A DNA stretch of 63,954 bases, the filler included, from Aduncisulcus paluster (taxonomy: Eukaryota): the NCBI GenBank assembly GCA_024181965.1. It is 5 parts of 5 records of this genome, joined end to end, with 100 filler letters (N's around TTAATTAATTAA, not from the genome) between each part and the next. Parts side by side here need not be neighbours in the genome. Positions count along the whole stretch, not along the records: positions 1 to 31,222 come from BQXS01011281.1; 4 more parts are not named here. One strand, 5' to 3'. Under the pieces are notes generated by a model that searched no databases, was not told where the DNA came from, and saw only the letters and a list, made by a program, of their open reading frames with translations. The translations under genes were made by a program, and so were the position numbers. Shown piece by piece: positions 12,219-22,649 of the stretch (positions within the stretch are counted from its first letter, which is position 1; each line of letters opens with the position of its first letter).

Positions 12219-15200
12219 ATGTCCAATTTTTTTTCTTTTTTGCTTTTGGGTTTTTCTATGGAAGACCAAACTCATTATTGTGTAGATGTTTACACAATAT
12301 ATAGAAATATAGAATCAAACACACAAACGGATGCAGTTATCTTCTCGTTTAAATCCCAATTCGATAAATTAACCCATATGAGTTTTGAAGATGCCTGTGT
12401 GTTTATTCAAGCGACAGAAATGGCTATAAAAAGGAGGTTACCTCTCATTGCTATCTTTAATACCTCAAATTTTCTTATAGAAGATCGAATTCAATCCTTC
12501 TTCGTTCTCCCGACTCTTATCTCTTCATTTATTCGGGCTTCTTCGATGATTCCAACAGCTATATTTGCGTCTGGTGATATTCATGGAGTTGTTGCTCTTA
12601 TGATGAAAATAGCCACCGTATCTTGCCATGTATCTCATAATAGGTTCGATGAGATGTATTTGGCTGCTTTGAAAAGTCAATCCTTATTTATTCCTGATAG
12701 CCAGTCAAATTATTTTTCTCTGATTAGCCCCATTGACTATTGTAACCCCCTATATTCAGCCGATCTTGTACAACAAACCTTTGGTAAGAATTCAAGGAAC
12801 TTAGGGAAAAGCAAGGCTGAAATCTCATCTAAATTGGGATCTCATGTCATCTCTAAGCCGGATACAGTGAAGCCACCAGAGTTACACTTCTCTAATGCAT
12901 CTCTGCCGGACTTCTTCATTCAAGCATATTTCAAGGAGTTAAATTTGATGACAACACACCATGCAGTTGCAACAGGGATTATTACAAAGAGTTGTTTGTC
13001 CTTCATTGATGCTCTCAATACTATGTGTTACAAACTCCCCTATATTCCTGGAAATGTGTTTAAAAGCTCCCAGATTCTTCACTCTTTTCTTGCTAGTACC
13101 TTTAAAGACGCAGCACTTCGGAAATTGATTCGACTCCCGAGTTATTCGCGAATCCACTCATATTTTTCATCATCTCCTCGTGGTCTTTCGAATCACCACA
13201 GTGAAGGAAGGTCCCATGGCCATTCTCATCCATCGTCTGCCCCTTCAACCCATGTGAACCGACAACTATCGTTCTCAACATCAAAATCGGCGTCAAGCAC
13301 TTCCTCAAGCCGTTCTACTTCAACTGCCCCTCAGGTCCCTGCCCAAGCCCCATCATCTGACTCTGTCCATGGGGATGCAGGGCATTCGGGACATTCTTTC
13401 CAGCAGATGATTTCTCGCCTTGACAAATTTATTGATAATTACATATACCCGAAAGATCGTGAGACACCCACACTTCCTCTCAATTTCTCCCATATCCTGT
13501 CCTTTTATGGCCATATTCATAATGCTCCCGTTACATACATGCTTCACAGTGAAATCATTCTTGTATTCTTCTCTTTGCGCAAAAGGGCTCCATACCCTCC
13601 TCAACTGATTCAAATCCCGCGAGTTCAGACTCATCATCATCATATGCCTCCTCCGCATCCTACATCAAGACTCGCTACCACCTCTGAGCCCTCAAGCCAC
13701 CATGGATCCAGTGCTGTCCATGGAAGTGGTGCAGAGGAGTATATTCCCCAATCTTCACAGCAAGCTAGAGGCAAGAAGAAGATGCCCACGTATGCTGAGT
13801 TGTTCCATGCTAATGGGTTTGCTGTTCCAAGGGCTGACGAAGAAGAATGGGAAGAGTTCCCACCTTCTCTCCTGGCCTCTTCCATTGAGCGTGTGTGCAA
13901 GGATATTAAGAAGTACAGTAATTTGCCAATGATGATTTTCTACGATGGTGACTCCTTCTCCCATCCTCAGTATGGACTCTCTCCAGAGCATGAGTCGGGC
14001 TCTGAGCTAGTTTCTGCCGTTGCCACACTCTCCAGGACTCTTTTGAACCATCCAGCCACAGTGGGGACCCTCTTTTTTGGTTTATGCACAGGTATACTAA
14101 GTTCAATGCTCTGTATCGGAGGTAACATGGCCATTGTTGGAAATGTGAAAGGTCTTGAACGTTCTGGGAAAGAGAAAGACGAAGAATCGGAAGAAGCTGC
14201 TCCTTCAATGGATCACATGCCATCCACAGGGGTGGGAAGATCCATCTCCATTGTAGGTCACAGTGGTGTTGTCCCTCACTCTGATGCCTTTTCAGCCTCA
14301 ACATTAACTAGCAGCACTAAAGGCATTGAGTATACGCCCAGGGCTGGAGGTAGTGATATGGGCTTATCGTCCCAGAATCTTTCTGTCATGGGATCTCATA
14401 CTCTCCCCACTTCTAAGGGCTATTTCGATTATTTGAGTGATCGAATCTCTTCATCGTCTCTCATTGGATCCAACATTGCTCAGATCTTGAATTATCGAGA
14501 TGTATATCCCTTGGGAATGAACGGATACACAATAGCTGGGAAAGGTATTGTTGCGACCGCTAAAGGTGCTTATTCAATCGTTGAGTATCTGAACGTTGAG
14601 TGTAGAGAACGAAACAAGGTGAAACATCATACTGAAGCCCTATTAAAACGTCACCTGTACGATTCCGAGTCTCGTATCTCCACCCCAGATATAACTACCA
14701 GAAGATCTGATGTTATTCCGGGTTCTCTTCCATCTGATGTGGTATCAAGTGCGTCACCCGTACACTCTTCAATGTCAGTCCGTCATCCCCTGACATCCAG
14801 CTCGGCTTCTCCAGCTCCATCATCTTCCCATGCCGATGGTTCCACGCCCAGTCATCACAAGATGTATGATCCCAGCCTCTTCCATCTTTTACATCAGCAT
14901 ACAGAGGTCGTGAGCAGACTTGGTATCTTGAAAACTCTGATTAGATGTCGAGAAGTCATCCAAACTCAAGAGAAGAGAAACACTGAATTGCAGGCTCATC
15001 TTGCAAAGATCGTGGGTGTTGATTCTCAAAATCATCATCAAGGGAAAGGAAAGGCAAAGAAATCTTCGAGTTCTGAAGGTCAAACTATTGGCAAAAGAAG
15101 AACCTCTAAAGCTCACCAACAAGATGAATCTGTAAAGCCTTCTAAATCCGCTCTGATAACGACAAGCCAAGATCCCATTGCTAAGCCTTGTGCACTTTAT

Positions 15201-18200
15201 TCCCAAATATATCCGTCAACTGTCGATGGGTGGGGAATTCCTCTCTTGGGTCTCTTATCACGTGCTACTTTCTTTCGTCTGAAACACACGAACACTCACT
15301 TCGGAAGTGCAACGAAATCATCTGATTCTACAAGTGCTTCAGTGAAAGAGCAGAATTTGTTCATCCGAAAAGAGGGATATTCATTCCCTGTGAAATCAAG
15401 CTCCTCATTAACCCCAGTTCTCAACACTGTCACATCTCCTTCAATATCAACTACAATTCCCCTTGAAATTTCTGATTCAAAGGCGACATTGAAACATTTA
15501 CAAGGATATCTCGAGACAGGGCTCCATCATCTGTCTATTCATGCCCATCCACTATTCTCTCCTTCTACTTTCCCTCAGCAAGTATTGCCCACCCTGATGG
15601 CCCCTGTGCATACGGCATCGCTTCAAATGTTGAGAAAGATCCAGCGTAAACCCAATCTCCATTTAACGTATATTTCTGATGGTGTGTCTGGCCTTATGGA
15701 AGCCATTCGAAAGCAATCCGCCCCTGCATTTTACGATACCACCTTGTCCCTTGGGCAGGAAAGTGTCCTCAATGGTTCTCTCAGAACGGCAGACATTTAT
15801 GAACTCACCGATCAGCTTCTTCTTGTTCAGAATAATAACTTTGCTTGTGAACTTTTCTCCTGTGATGGGTATACAAAGTGTCTCTCTGTTGCCAAAGATG
15901 ATCCTTTTAAGCGTGTTGTTGCCTTCAAGAAGTGTGTTCCCCATGTTCTTGTGGCAGCTGCCGTTAAGACAAGGGGAACTTACTCCTCTCGTCCGGATCT
16001 CCTCTGTCCTCCCTGCTCCTCCCTCTCCATGACCTTGATCCGTCTCTTGTTACAGAGCGGAGTGGAGGTCGTTCGTATCTGCGACCCTCTGAACGATGTG
16101 GAAGCCATGTCTCCATTTATTAGAGTTGTCAACGATGCTGGGAGGATTTCTATGGGATGCATTACGATCAGCACAGATCCTGTTCTTAACAGAGGATGGG
16201 AGAGGGAGAAGTATGCTCAAGAATTCAGAACAGAGGAAGTGGATGAAGACGAAGTGAAAGATTCTTCTGTGTTGAAGAAAAAATCCAAGAAAGGCAGAGA
16301 ATCGACATCCACAGCTGCTGCCACTGATGGTAGAGCCCCCCAGTATGATGTATCTACCTCCAAGACTCATCCTCTTCCTTCTTCATCTTCCACTCAGAAA
16401 TTATCATCGAGTGTATCCTCCATTTCTTCAAGCTCTTCGTCCGGTCATTCGGAGTCTCGTCCTAGTCGCAACAAAGATGAAGAAGAAGATGTAACCGAGA
16501 TGACGAACACATCTGCTTCGGTCGATCACAGTAACTCTCACAATAACCGTGGAGACTCCACATCTCATATCACAGCTGAAGATCACGATGATGATGACAA
16601 ACATGGGTCACACAATGAGTTTACAGCCTCCAAGGATGAAGACGAAGAGGAGGATCTCAGCATGGATGACACTACAGTTGATGAAACATCCAGAAAGAAC
16701 ACTCCCCATTCTTCTCTTCGTGATGGTTCAACACACCCGTCTTCCAACATGTCCTCCTCCCAGGGATCATCAGAGGAAGAGGAAGAGGAAAGCAGTCTTC
16801 ACGCAATCCCTGTTGCCTCACCTACACTGACTGATCAACATCCTGTGTCAACCTCTGCTTTCCCAAAGACTCCTGCATCAAACACCACACCTCAGACGAC
16901 AGCACCACCAACGTACACCTCATCTATTCTGAATGGTCCTGCCCTTCCAGAGACACCAACAACTAAGAGGAAGGAATCATCAGCAACAGCATCCTCAACA
17001 AAGCCATCGACAAGAGGTAGAAGACGTAAGCATAGCCATCACGACCATAAGTCATCCAGCTCTGATAAACGGGGAAAATCCAGTACAAAATCCTCCATAT
17101 GTCCACCAAGGTCTACTTTCCTCCGCATTGGACAATTATGCCAACGGATGGCTGCCCTTGGATGCCATTGTATCTGCATAGATGATAGATGCGGCCGTAT
17201 TTCGCCTCAAGCTGCCGCCCCTCTCATGCGTATCATTCGAATGGCTGTTCCCAACGTTCCCATCTTCTTCCTTGGTTGTGACACTTCAGGTACAACAGCC
17301 GCAACAGGTGTGGCGATGATAGGTGGATCATGTGACGGTGTTGGTGTTTCTTTAGCCCCATTCACTGGTCCCGGTCTCCCTCCTGCTCCTCAACCCATCC
17401 TCTCTTCCCTCACCAACACTCCTTTCCTCTCCTCTGCTCCCGAGATGGGCATCTTCACGCATATGCAACAGGCTTTGGTACGTCTTTGTGTAACCAAGAG
17501 AATAGAGAACATGAAACGGGTATCACAGGTTGTGGAGAGTGCAGACAAAGGACAATGGGACAGAGAAGCTGTTCGTGCTCGTCTGCGACTTGGTAGACGC
17601 CGTGAGGCTGAGTGGAGAAAGAAGATCCATATCCAAGAGTTGAAGCGTATCATGAATAACCGCAGTCGTGAGCTTCTTATCATGCACAAACGTGGAGGAA
17701 AGACTCTTACAAGACTTCAAGGTTTCCAGAAGACTCAAGTCATTGCTCAGGAAGGGCATAAACTCCCAAGTTTGATTTGTTTGACATCTTCATTTTCACT
17801 GGCCTCAACCCCACAGAATCTGAGTGAGAGCCACGTAAGTCCTGCTCTGTGTAATACCATATGCGCAGCCGTTGACAAACTTATTGATTCATTTGAACCG
17901 ACTTTCTCACCTCCGTTGTCTATTTCTGGGACACGTATGGGCGAGCATTGTGCTGTCTCGAATCTTCTTGAACTCCTGGGGAAACCATCATGTGATTTGT
18001 CCACTATTCCTTTCGTTTCCTCTCAAGCAGTCCCTGTCCTCCCAATTGAACTTGTCCGTATCGCCAGAGAATGTGGATGCTCTGTTTTAGAACTCTGGAG
18101 ATTGTCACATGTTCTATTCCAGAGTGGATTGTCCTCAAGCTCAGGGTTTATGTTGTCCCCTCTGTTCCACGATGTCGTGTCAAACATTTCGAGGATAATC

Positions 18201-19751
18201 TCCAACTTGTCATCAGAAAACCACCCACATGTGACCGATAGTTTCATCTCCCGTGCAGTCATCAACACTTTGATCCGTTCTGCATGCTGGAAACAAGGAT
18301 CTTGTGAAATGTGGGAGCTCGTGGCGCGTGCCAAGACAATCCCGCCCTCTCGGATAGCCCATGCATACTCTCACTTGCTGAAAGAGTCCTGGATGTGTGG
18401 ATTTACTGCTGTAATGCGAGGTCATGTGATGAAATGCGAGAAAGAAAGGTATGTTGATGGACAGATTGATGACGGACAAGGTGCTGACTTCGATGTAATT
18501 TCAACCCCCACCCTTGGACCTATTCCTTTCGATCTTTCTGCTTCCGCTGGTAAGGCTACTCCACTTGGTCGTCCTCACGCTCTCTCCCTCCGGGATGACC
18601 CATCGATCTTCCGTGCTCTGATCACCCCGAGCATTGATGATGTTATCCAAGCCTACATTCACAGGGCTGAGATGTGTGGAAATGCCGAGGTATGTAAACC
18701 TGACCCTTCTTCAGTTCCACTCTCTACCTCTGGACTCTCTGATAAGATATCCGAATCATATGTGTTGTTGTCACGCCTATTCCCATTCGCATTCAACTCC
18801 TTCTATTCTTTCAAGGAACGGTATGGTACATTTGCTGACTCTTTGTCTCCTCGTATGTGGCTTCTTGGACTCTCTGTTGGTGAGACCATGCAAGTCAGCT
18901 GTGGTAGCTCACATGTGTTCCCGAATCCTTTCTCTTCTGAAGTTTTCAACTCCTGGGTACAAACTCGTGGTGACAAAGACCCCGAAGAGTTTGTTGTGGA
19001 TGACGATGACGACGTGTATCGTGAGACAAAGACCAAGAAACACTCAGCCCATCATGGAGTACACTCCCGTCGTTCAGCCTCAAGGAGAAGTGTGCCTCGG
19101 CGAGCCTCATCCTCGCTTCTCTCTTCCACACAGCCCAATCCTTCGACTGTTACTCCAGCCTCCATTACACTCGTGAGTGTTGTGCCCGATGGAAAGGGTG
19201 GAATCATATGTAACTATAACATCAGTACAATCCCTTGGGCTATCGTGGCCGTTCACGTTGAGAATAACACCCATATCCAGAACGACTCGGATAAGTTTGG
19301 ACGAATCATGCAAACCTGCATGCTCAATGGTACTGGTCAACATTCTCATGGAATGTTCAACAAACCACTGTTTGTGAAGGTAAATGATCACGTGTCCACG
19401 GCTCTTCTTTCAGGTATCCATTCTTCTGCTGAACCAGCTGATATTCAACATGGAGTGTCTTATGCTTGCAGGAAATTGCCTGAATTGGAGTCTTTCTCAT
19501 GCCACATTCCCATATTTAGCAACTGTACGGGAAATGTCTGTCGGGTCAATGTGAGTGTTGGTGACGTGGTAAGCGTTGGAACAGTGATAATGTCCATTGA
19601 AGACAGTAGACGTTCCATTGAACCTCTTGTTGCCACTCATACAGGTGTTGTCACATCCGTTTTGAAGAAAATGGGCGAAAGTATCGGAAAGGGTGAAATT
19701 GTCTGTGGCATTGTAGAAATCTTTGATGACATGACATTTTGTCAAGAGTAA
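12219..19751 (+). CDS. Divergent transcarboxylase-like fusion: two acyl-CoA carboxyltransferase subdomains + pyruvate carboxyltransferase TIM barrel + biotin-carrier-like domain; catalytic motifs degenerate
   Basis: N-terminal blocks align by eye with PCCB/12S (LPLIAIFNTS..IED, RASSMIPTAI, LPMMIFYD). Middle aligns with pyruvate carboxylase CT (DTTLSLGQES..LRTADI, DDPFKRVVAFKKCVPHV, GVEVVRICDPLNDV, GCHCICIDDRCGRISP, CDTSGTTAAT, FKERYG). C-terminal SNCTGNVCRVNVSVGDVV...ATHTGVVTSV matches the biotinyl/lipoyl fold. No biotin carboxylase domain. Start may be Met at 12258. Confidence 0.8.
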   Translation: MSNFFSFLLLGFSMEDQTHYCVDVYTIYRNIESNTQTDAVIFSFKSQFDKLTHMSFEDACVFIQATEMAIKRRLPLIAIFNTSNFLIEDRIQSFFVLPTLISSFIRASSMIPTAIFASGDIHGVVALMMKIATVSCHVSHNRFDEMYLAALKSQSLFIPDSQSNYFSLISPIDYCNPLYSADLVQQTFGKNSRNLGKSKAEISSKLGSHVISKPDTVKPPELHFSNASLPDFFIQAYFKELNLMTTHHAVATGIITKSCLSFIDALNTMCYKLPYIPGNVFKSSQILHSFLASTFKDAALRKLIRLPSYSRIHSYFSSSPRGLSNHHSEGRSHGHSHPSSAPSTHVNRQLSFSTSKSASSTSSSRSTSTAPQVPAQAPSSDSVHGDAGHSGHSFQQMISRLDKFIDNYIYPKDRETPTLPLNFSHILSFYGHIHNAPVTYMLHSEIILVFFSLRKRAPYPPQLIQIPRVQTHHHHMPPPHPTSRLATTSEPSSHHGSSAVHGSGAEEYIPQSSQQARGKKKMPTYAELFHANGFAVPRADEEEWEEFPPSLLASSIERVCKDIKKYSNLPMMIFYDGDSFSHPQYGLSPEHESGSELVSAVATLSRTLLNHPATVGTLFFGLCTGILSSMLCIGGNMAIVGNVKGLERSGKEKDEESEEAAPSMDHMPSTGVGRSISIVGHSGVVPHSDAFSASTLTSSTKGIEYTPRAGGSDMGLSSQNLSVMGSHTLPTSKGYFDYLSDRISSSSLIGSNIAQILNYRDVYPLGMNGYTIAGKGIVATAKGAYSIVEYLNVECRERNKVKHHTEALLKRHLYDSESRISTPDITTRRSDVIPGSLPSDVVSSASPVHSSMSVRHPLTSSSASPAPSSSHADGSTPSHHKMYDPSLFHLLHQHTEVVSRLGILKTLIRCREVIQTQEKRNTELQAHLAKIVGVDSQNHHQGKGKAKKSSSSEGQTIGKRRTSKAHQQDESVKPSKSALITTSQDPIAKPCALYSQIYPSTVDGWGIPLLGLLSRATFFRLKHTNTHFGSATKSSDSTSASVKEQNLFIRKEGYSFPVKSSSSLTPVLNTVTSPSISTTIPLEISDSKATLKHLQGYLETGLHHLSIHAHPLFSPSTFPQQVLPTLMAPVHTASLQMLRKIQRKPNLHLTYISDGVSGLMEAIRKQSAPAFYDTTLSLGQESVLNGSLRTADIYELTDQLLLVQNNNFACELFSCDGYTKCLSVAKDDPFKRVVAFKKCVPHVLVAAAVKTRGTYSSRPDLLCPPCSSLSMTLIRLLLQSGVEVVRICDPLNDVEAMSPFIRVVNDAGRISMGCITISTDPVLNRGWEREKYAQEFRTEEVDEDEVKDSSVLKKKSKKGRESTSTAAATDGRAPQYDVSTSKTHPLPSSSSTQKLSSSVSSISSSSSSGHSESRPSRNKDEEEDVTEMTNTSASVDHSNSHNNRGDSTSHITAEDHDDDDKHGSHNEFTASKDEDEEEDLSMDDTTVDETSRKNTPHSSLRDGSTHPSSNMSSSQGSSEEEEEESSLHAIPVASPTLTDQHPVSTSAFPKTPASNTTPQTTAPPTYTSSILNGPALPETPTTKRKESSATASSTKPSTRGRRRKHSHHDHKSSSSDKRGKSSTKSSICPPRSTFLRIGQLCQRMAALGCHCICIDDRCGRISPQAAAPLMRIIRMAVPNVPIFFLGCDTSGTTAATGVAMIGGSCDGVGVSLAPFTGPGLPPAPQPILSSLTNTPFLSSAPEMGIFTHMQQALVRLCVTKRIENMKRVSQVVESADKGQWDREAVRARLRLGRRREAEWRKKIHIQELKRIMNNRSRELLIMHKRGGKTLTRLQGFQKTQVIAQEGHKLPSLICLTSSFSLASTPQNLSESHVSPALCNTICAAVDKLIDSFEPTFSPPLSISGTRMGEHCAVSNLLELLGKPSCDLSTIPFVSSQAVPVLPIELVRIARECGCSVLELWRLSHVLFQSGLSSSSGFMLSPLFHDVVSNISRIISNLSSENHPHVTDSFISRAVINTLIRSACWKQGSCEMWELVARAKTIPPSRIAHAYSHLLKESWMCGFTAVMRGHVMKCEKERYVDGQIDDGQGADFDVISTPTLGPIPFDLSASAGKATPLGRPHALSLRDDPSIFRALITPSIDDVIQAYIHRAEMCGNAEVCKPDPSSVPLSTSGLSDKISESYVLLSRLFPFAFNSFYSFKERYGTFADSLSPRMWLLGLSVGETMQVSCGSSHVFPNPFSSEVFNSWVQTRGDKDPEEFVVDDDDDVYRETKTKKHSAHHGVHSRRSASRRSVPRRASSSLLSSTQPNPSTVTPASITLVSVVPDGKGGIICNYNISTIPWAIVAVHVENNTHIQNDSDKFGRIMQTCMLNGTGQHSHGMFNKPLFVKVNDHVSTALLSGIHSSAEPADIQHGVSYACRKLPELESFSCHIPIFSNCTGNVCRVNVSVGDVVSVGTVIMSIEDSRRSIEPLVATHTGVVTSVLKKMGESIGKGEIVCGIVEIFDDMTFCQE

Positions 19752-20181
19752 GTAAATAAATACAGATATTTAATACTAATGTTACTAATTGACTCAGATT
19801 TTGAAAAATGCGTTTTTTACCGTTATTTGAGATATTTATTGTTATTAAATGGAAAAATAAAAAATCCAATTTAAATTAATTTTCATTTTCTTCCATTACA
19901 CTTCGAATACAACCCGTCTCTTGTCATTAAGTTTTCTTGAAAAATCAGAGTCTTGAATAGTCGTCTATCTTGCATAATTAATATAATAAAATTGAGTTTG
20001 TTTTTTTTTGTTATATAGAGTTTATAATAAATCGGATTTTTGTTTTCCATTTTCATTTTTCTGCCACCGATAGTGATTTAGTCTTCCAAGACTGATAGGT
20101 GTTTTCTGTTTATCTCCTTTTTGTTCGTTTGGTGGGATCCCACTGTGTTTTTTCTTATTCGTTGTCTTTTCATTTGTTAGT

Positions 20182-21045
20182 ATGACAATTTTCTTGCATA
20201 ATCTTCCATTTTATATCTCCAATGAAGAGATTCTCGATCTGGCGACCTCTCGCATTGGTGAAGTTAAATTTTTCTTCCACAAAGATAGAGTGAGGTATTG
20301 TTTTATGGATTTTGCGACAGAAGAGGAGGAATTAAAAGCTATTGACACCTTTAATGGTATGACTCTTAAAGGTCGAGTTTTAGGTGCTGAACCCGCTAAA
20401 AGATGTTTCTTACCTGAGCATAAACATTTCCATTCGAAAGCTCTCCGCTCTTCTTCCGTGTCTTCTTTGACTGATTCCATTTCTTCCACTGAAGGTGATT
20501 TTTCCTCTTCTTGTGATAGTCCATTACAATCACCTGCTTCCCCTCGAACAATGGCGCCCCAAGCCCAATATTCTGCCATATCTACAGTGCAAGATCTCCC
20601 ATTCTGTGGTGCTGGCCACTATCATGAGGCTACCACTCTCCACCCACCCAGTTATGATCACGCTCGCATGTATTCTTCCAGTTATCCTGCTTTGCATGGG
20701 TCTATGTATTCTTCAGAGTTGCAATCCCAGCCGATTTACCCCTTCCAACCTCAAAGGGTGCATTCTTATCCATATTATCCTTCCAATTTCTATTCTCCGC
20801 ATCAGTCAGTGCCCTATTCTGGAGAAAACTATCAATTTATGCACCATAGGCGTTTGACAAGTTTGTCTGACTCTCAGCCTCTCATTTCAGAATCTCCATC
20901 TTCATCTGGAAGCCTCTCTATTGCATCTTCCGATCCTCTGTTGTATGCTCCCCCAGCTCTGTCTTCAGGATGCTCCGAAGCCACAATTCAGAATCCTCAT
21001 GTTCCTCTACGTGGGTCGAGCCTATTTTCGTCTGTCTCCAAGTAA
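20182..21045 (+). CDS. Single-RRM RNA-binding protein with S/P/Y-rich low-complexity tail
   Basis: RNP2-like IFLHNL, RNP1-like RYCFMDF, AIDTFNGMTLKGRVL; intronless paralog of 39427-40225. Confidence 0.88.
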   Translation: MTIFLHNLPFYISNEEILDLATSRIGEVKFFFHKDRVRYCFMDFATEEEELKAIDTFNGMTLKGRVLGAEPAKRCFLPEHKHFHSKALRSSSVSSLTDSISSTEGDFSSSCDSPLQSPASPRTMAPQAQYSAISTVQDLPFCGAGHYHEATTLHPPSYDHARMYSSSYPALHGSMYSSELQSQPIYPFQPQRVHSYPYYPSNFYSPHQSVPYSGENYQFMHHRRLTSLSDSQPLISESPSSSGSLSIASSDPLLYAPPALSSGCSEATIQNPHVPLRGSSLFSSVSK

Positions 21046-22126
21046 GTTTTTTCCTGGTCTTCAATTTTAATTGAATTTTGTGATTAATTTTGGCCATGGA
21101 CAAGCTGATTCATTCCTGTCGTTTTATAATATCTTTATTCTTTATTGCATATTTTCATACGAGTTGAAATTTTTGTCTTTGTCTTACTACCTCTTTCTGG
21201 AATCATCTCAAGAATCTTTTGGCCGTCTACTCATGGCGACACTGGTTTATTTTTATCAATTCTATTTTTATTCTACACATTCCTCTCCGTGAAAATATCT
21301 TGTTGTCTCTCTCGAGTAGATAGATAGGATCTTGGTGTTTCATCTTTCTTCAATCTTCCATTCCTCTTTTATGTTGTCCTTTATTCTTTTTCTATCTATC
21401 CATTTGTCTTCTTTTATTTTTTTTTCTATGAGATTATTAAGTAATCAATTGTGATCCCTTTCTCCCTCTCGTTTATCTCTCTCAAGTAGATAGTGCCTGT
21501 TTTGTACTAGCAGTATTTGTGTTGGGGGGCGAAACGTATCCCTCGCCGAAGAATAGGTTCCGAATATCTTTCAAATGATTCTTTTCCTTCTGCATTTTTT
21601 TGTCTTCTTGAGATTTATTGATTTTTTTCCCTGTGAAATTAGATTTTTTTTCCTTCATTTCAAAAATTAATAATTTTTTTCTAATAATTTCGAATACTAA
21701 CTTTCTTTATCATAATATCAAAATAATTATTATCTCAATGTTATTTCTGAATTTTATATATTTGTCGCTTTTTTTTACCTTATTTGTGACTTTTATCTAT
21801 CTATATTTGGTTTTCCCAATTACAAAATTTGTGTTATATTTATTATTTATATTTATATATATCTAAAAAATCCTATAAAACAATAATTATTTCCCCTTAT
21901 TTTTTTAATCTTTTGATGGGAAATATATTATATTCTTCTTTGTCGTTCGATTAGACGGTGGGTGAGTGTAACGGGGCTTGAATATGCTTTTTGTTCGAGC
22001 TCTCAAGACTTCATTTCCTACATCTTTTACGATCAGCAATTTCACTTACATGCATAATCTATTACCCGAGGCGGTTACTTCGTGTCTTGGTTGTTGTTGG
22101 TTCTCAACTTTCTAATTTTAGTTGTC

Positions 22127-22128
<2 letters not shown>

Positions 22129-22184
<56 letters not shown>
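22129..22184 (+). repeat. Poly(T) tract, 56 nt
   Basis: Seen directly, within a 1.9-kb T-rich non-coding stretch. Confidence 0.95.
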
Positions 22185-22649
22185 CTTCTTTATAAATCTC
22201 ATCTGATCTATTTTTTTATGTATTTTCAGAGACAGATGCATTCACGACAATATTCTAATTATCATTATTTTGTTTTATTTTTTTTTTTTTTCTCTTAATT
22301 GGACCTCTATTAAATAATCTTTATTATTCTTACTACCTAAATCCTCATTGTACATTTATATCTTTTCCCCTTTGTGTTTGTATTTGTGAGGTGATAATTA
22401 TGTATAGATACTATTTTATTAGGATAGTAATTCACATTCTATGACTCTTCTCTTGTATTTTTTGGCTTCTTTGAAGACTTATTTTGTTTTATCCAACTAA
22501 ATGATAATCTTTTTCCTCTTTTTATCTCTAATCAATAAAATTTTCAATGGATTTCCACCTTTTTTCCTGGCCATTCTCTAAAATATGGTGCGTTCAACTC
22601 TAATGAATGCCAACCAGAAAAATAAGGGCATAAAAATAACAAAATCAGC

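Noticed and set aside
22043-22100. U1 snRNA starting at ACTTAC
   Set aside because: No U1-70K or U1A loops, cloverleaf or well-placed Sm site.
21071-22206. Short hydrophobic ORFs (poly-Phe and similar) as membrane peptides
   Set aside because: By-products of T-rich low-complexity DNA.
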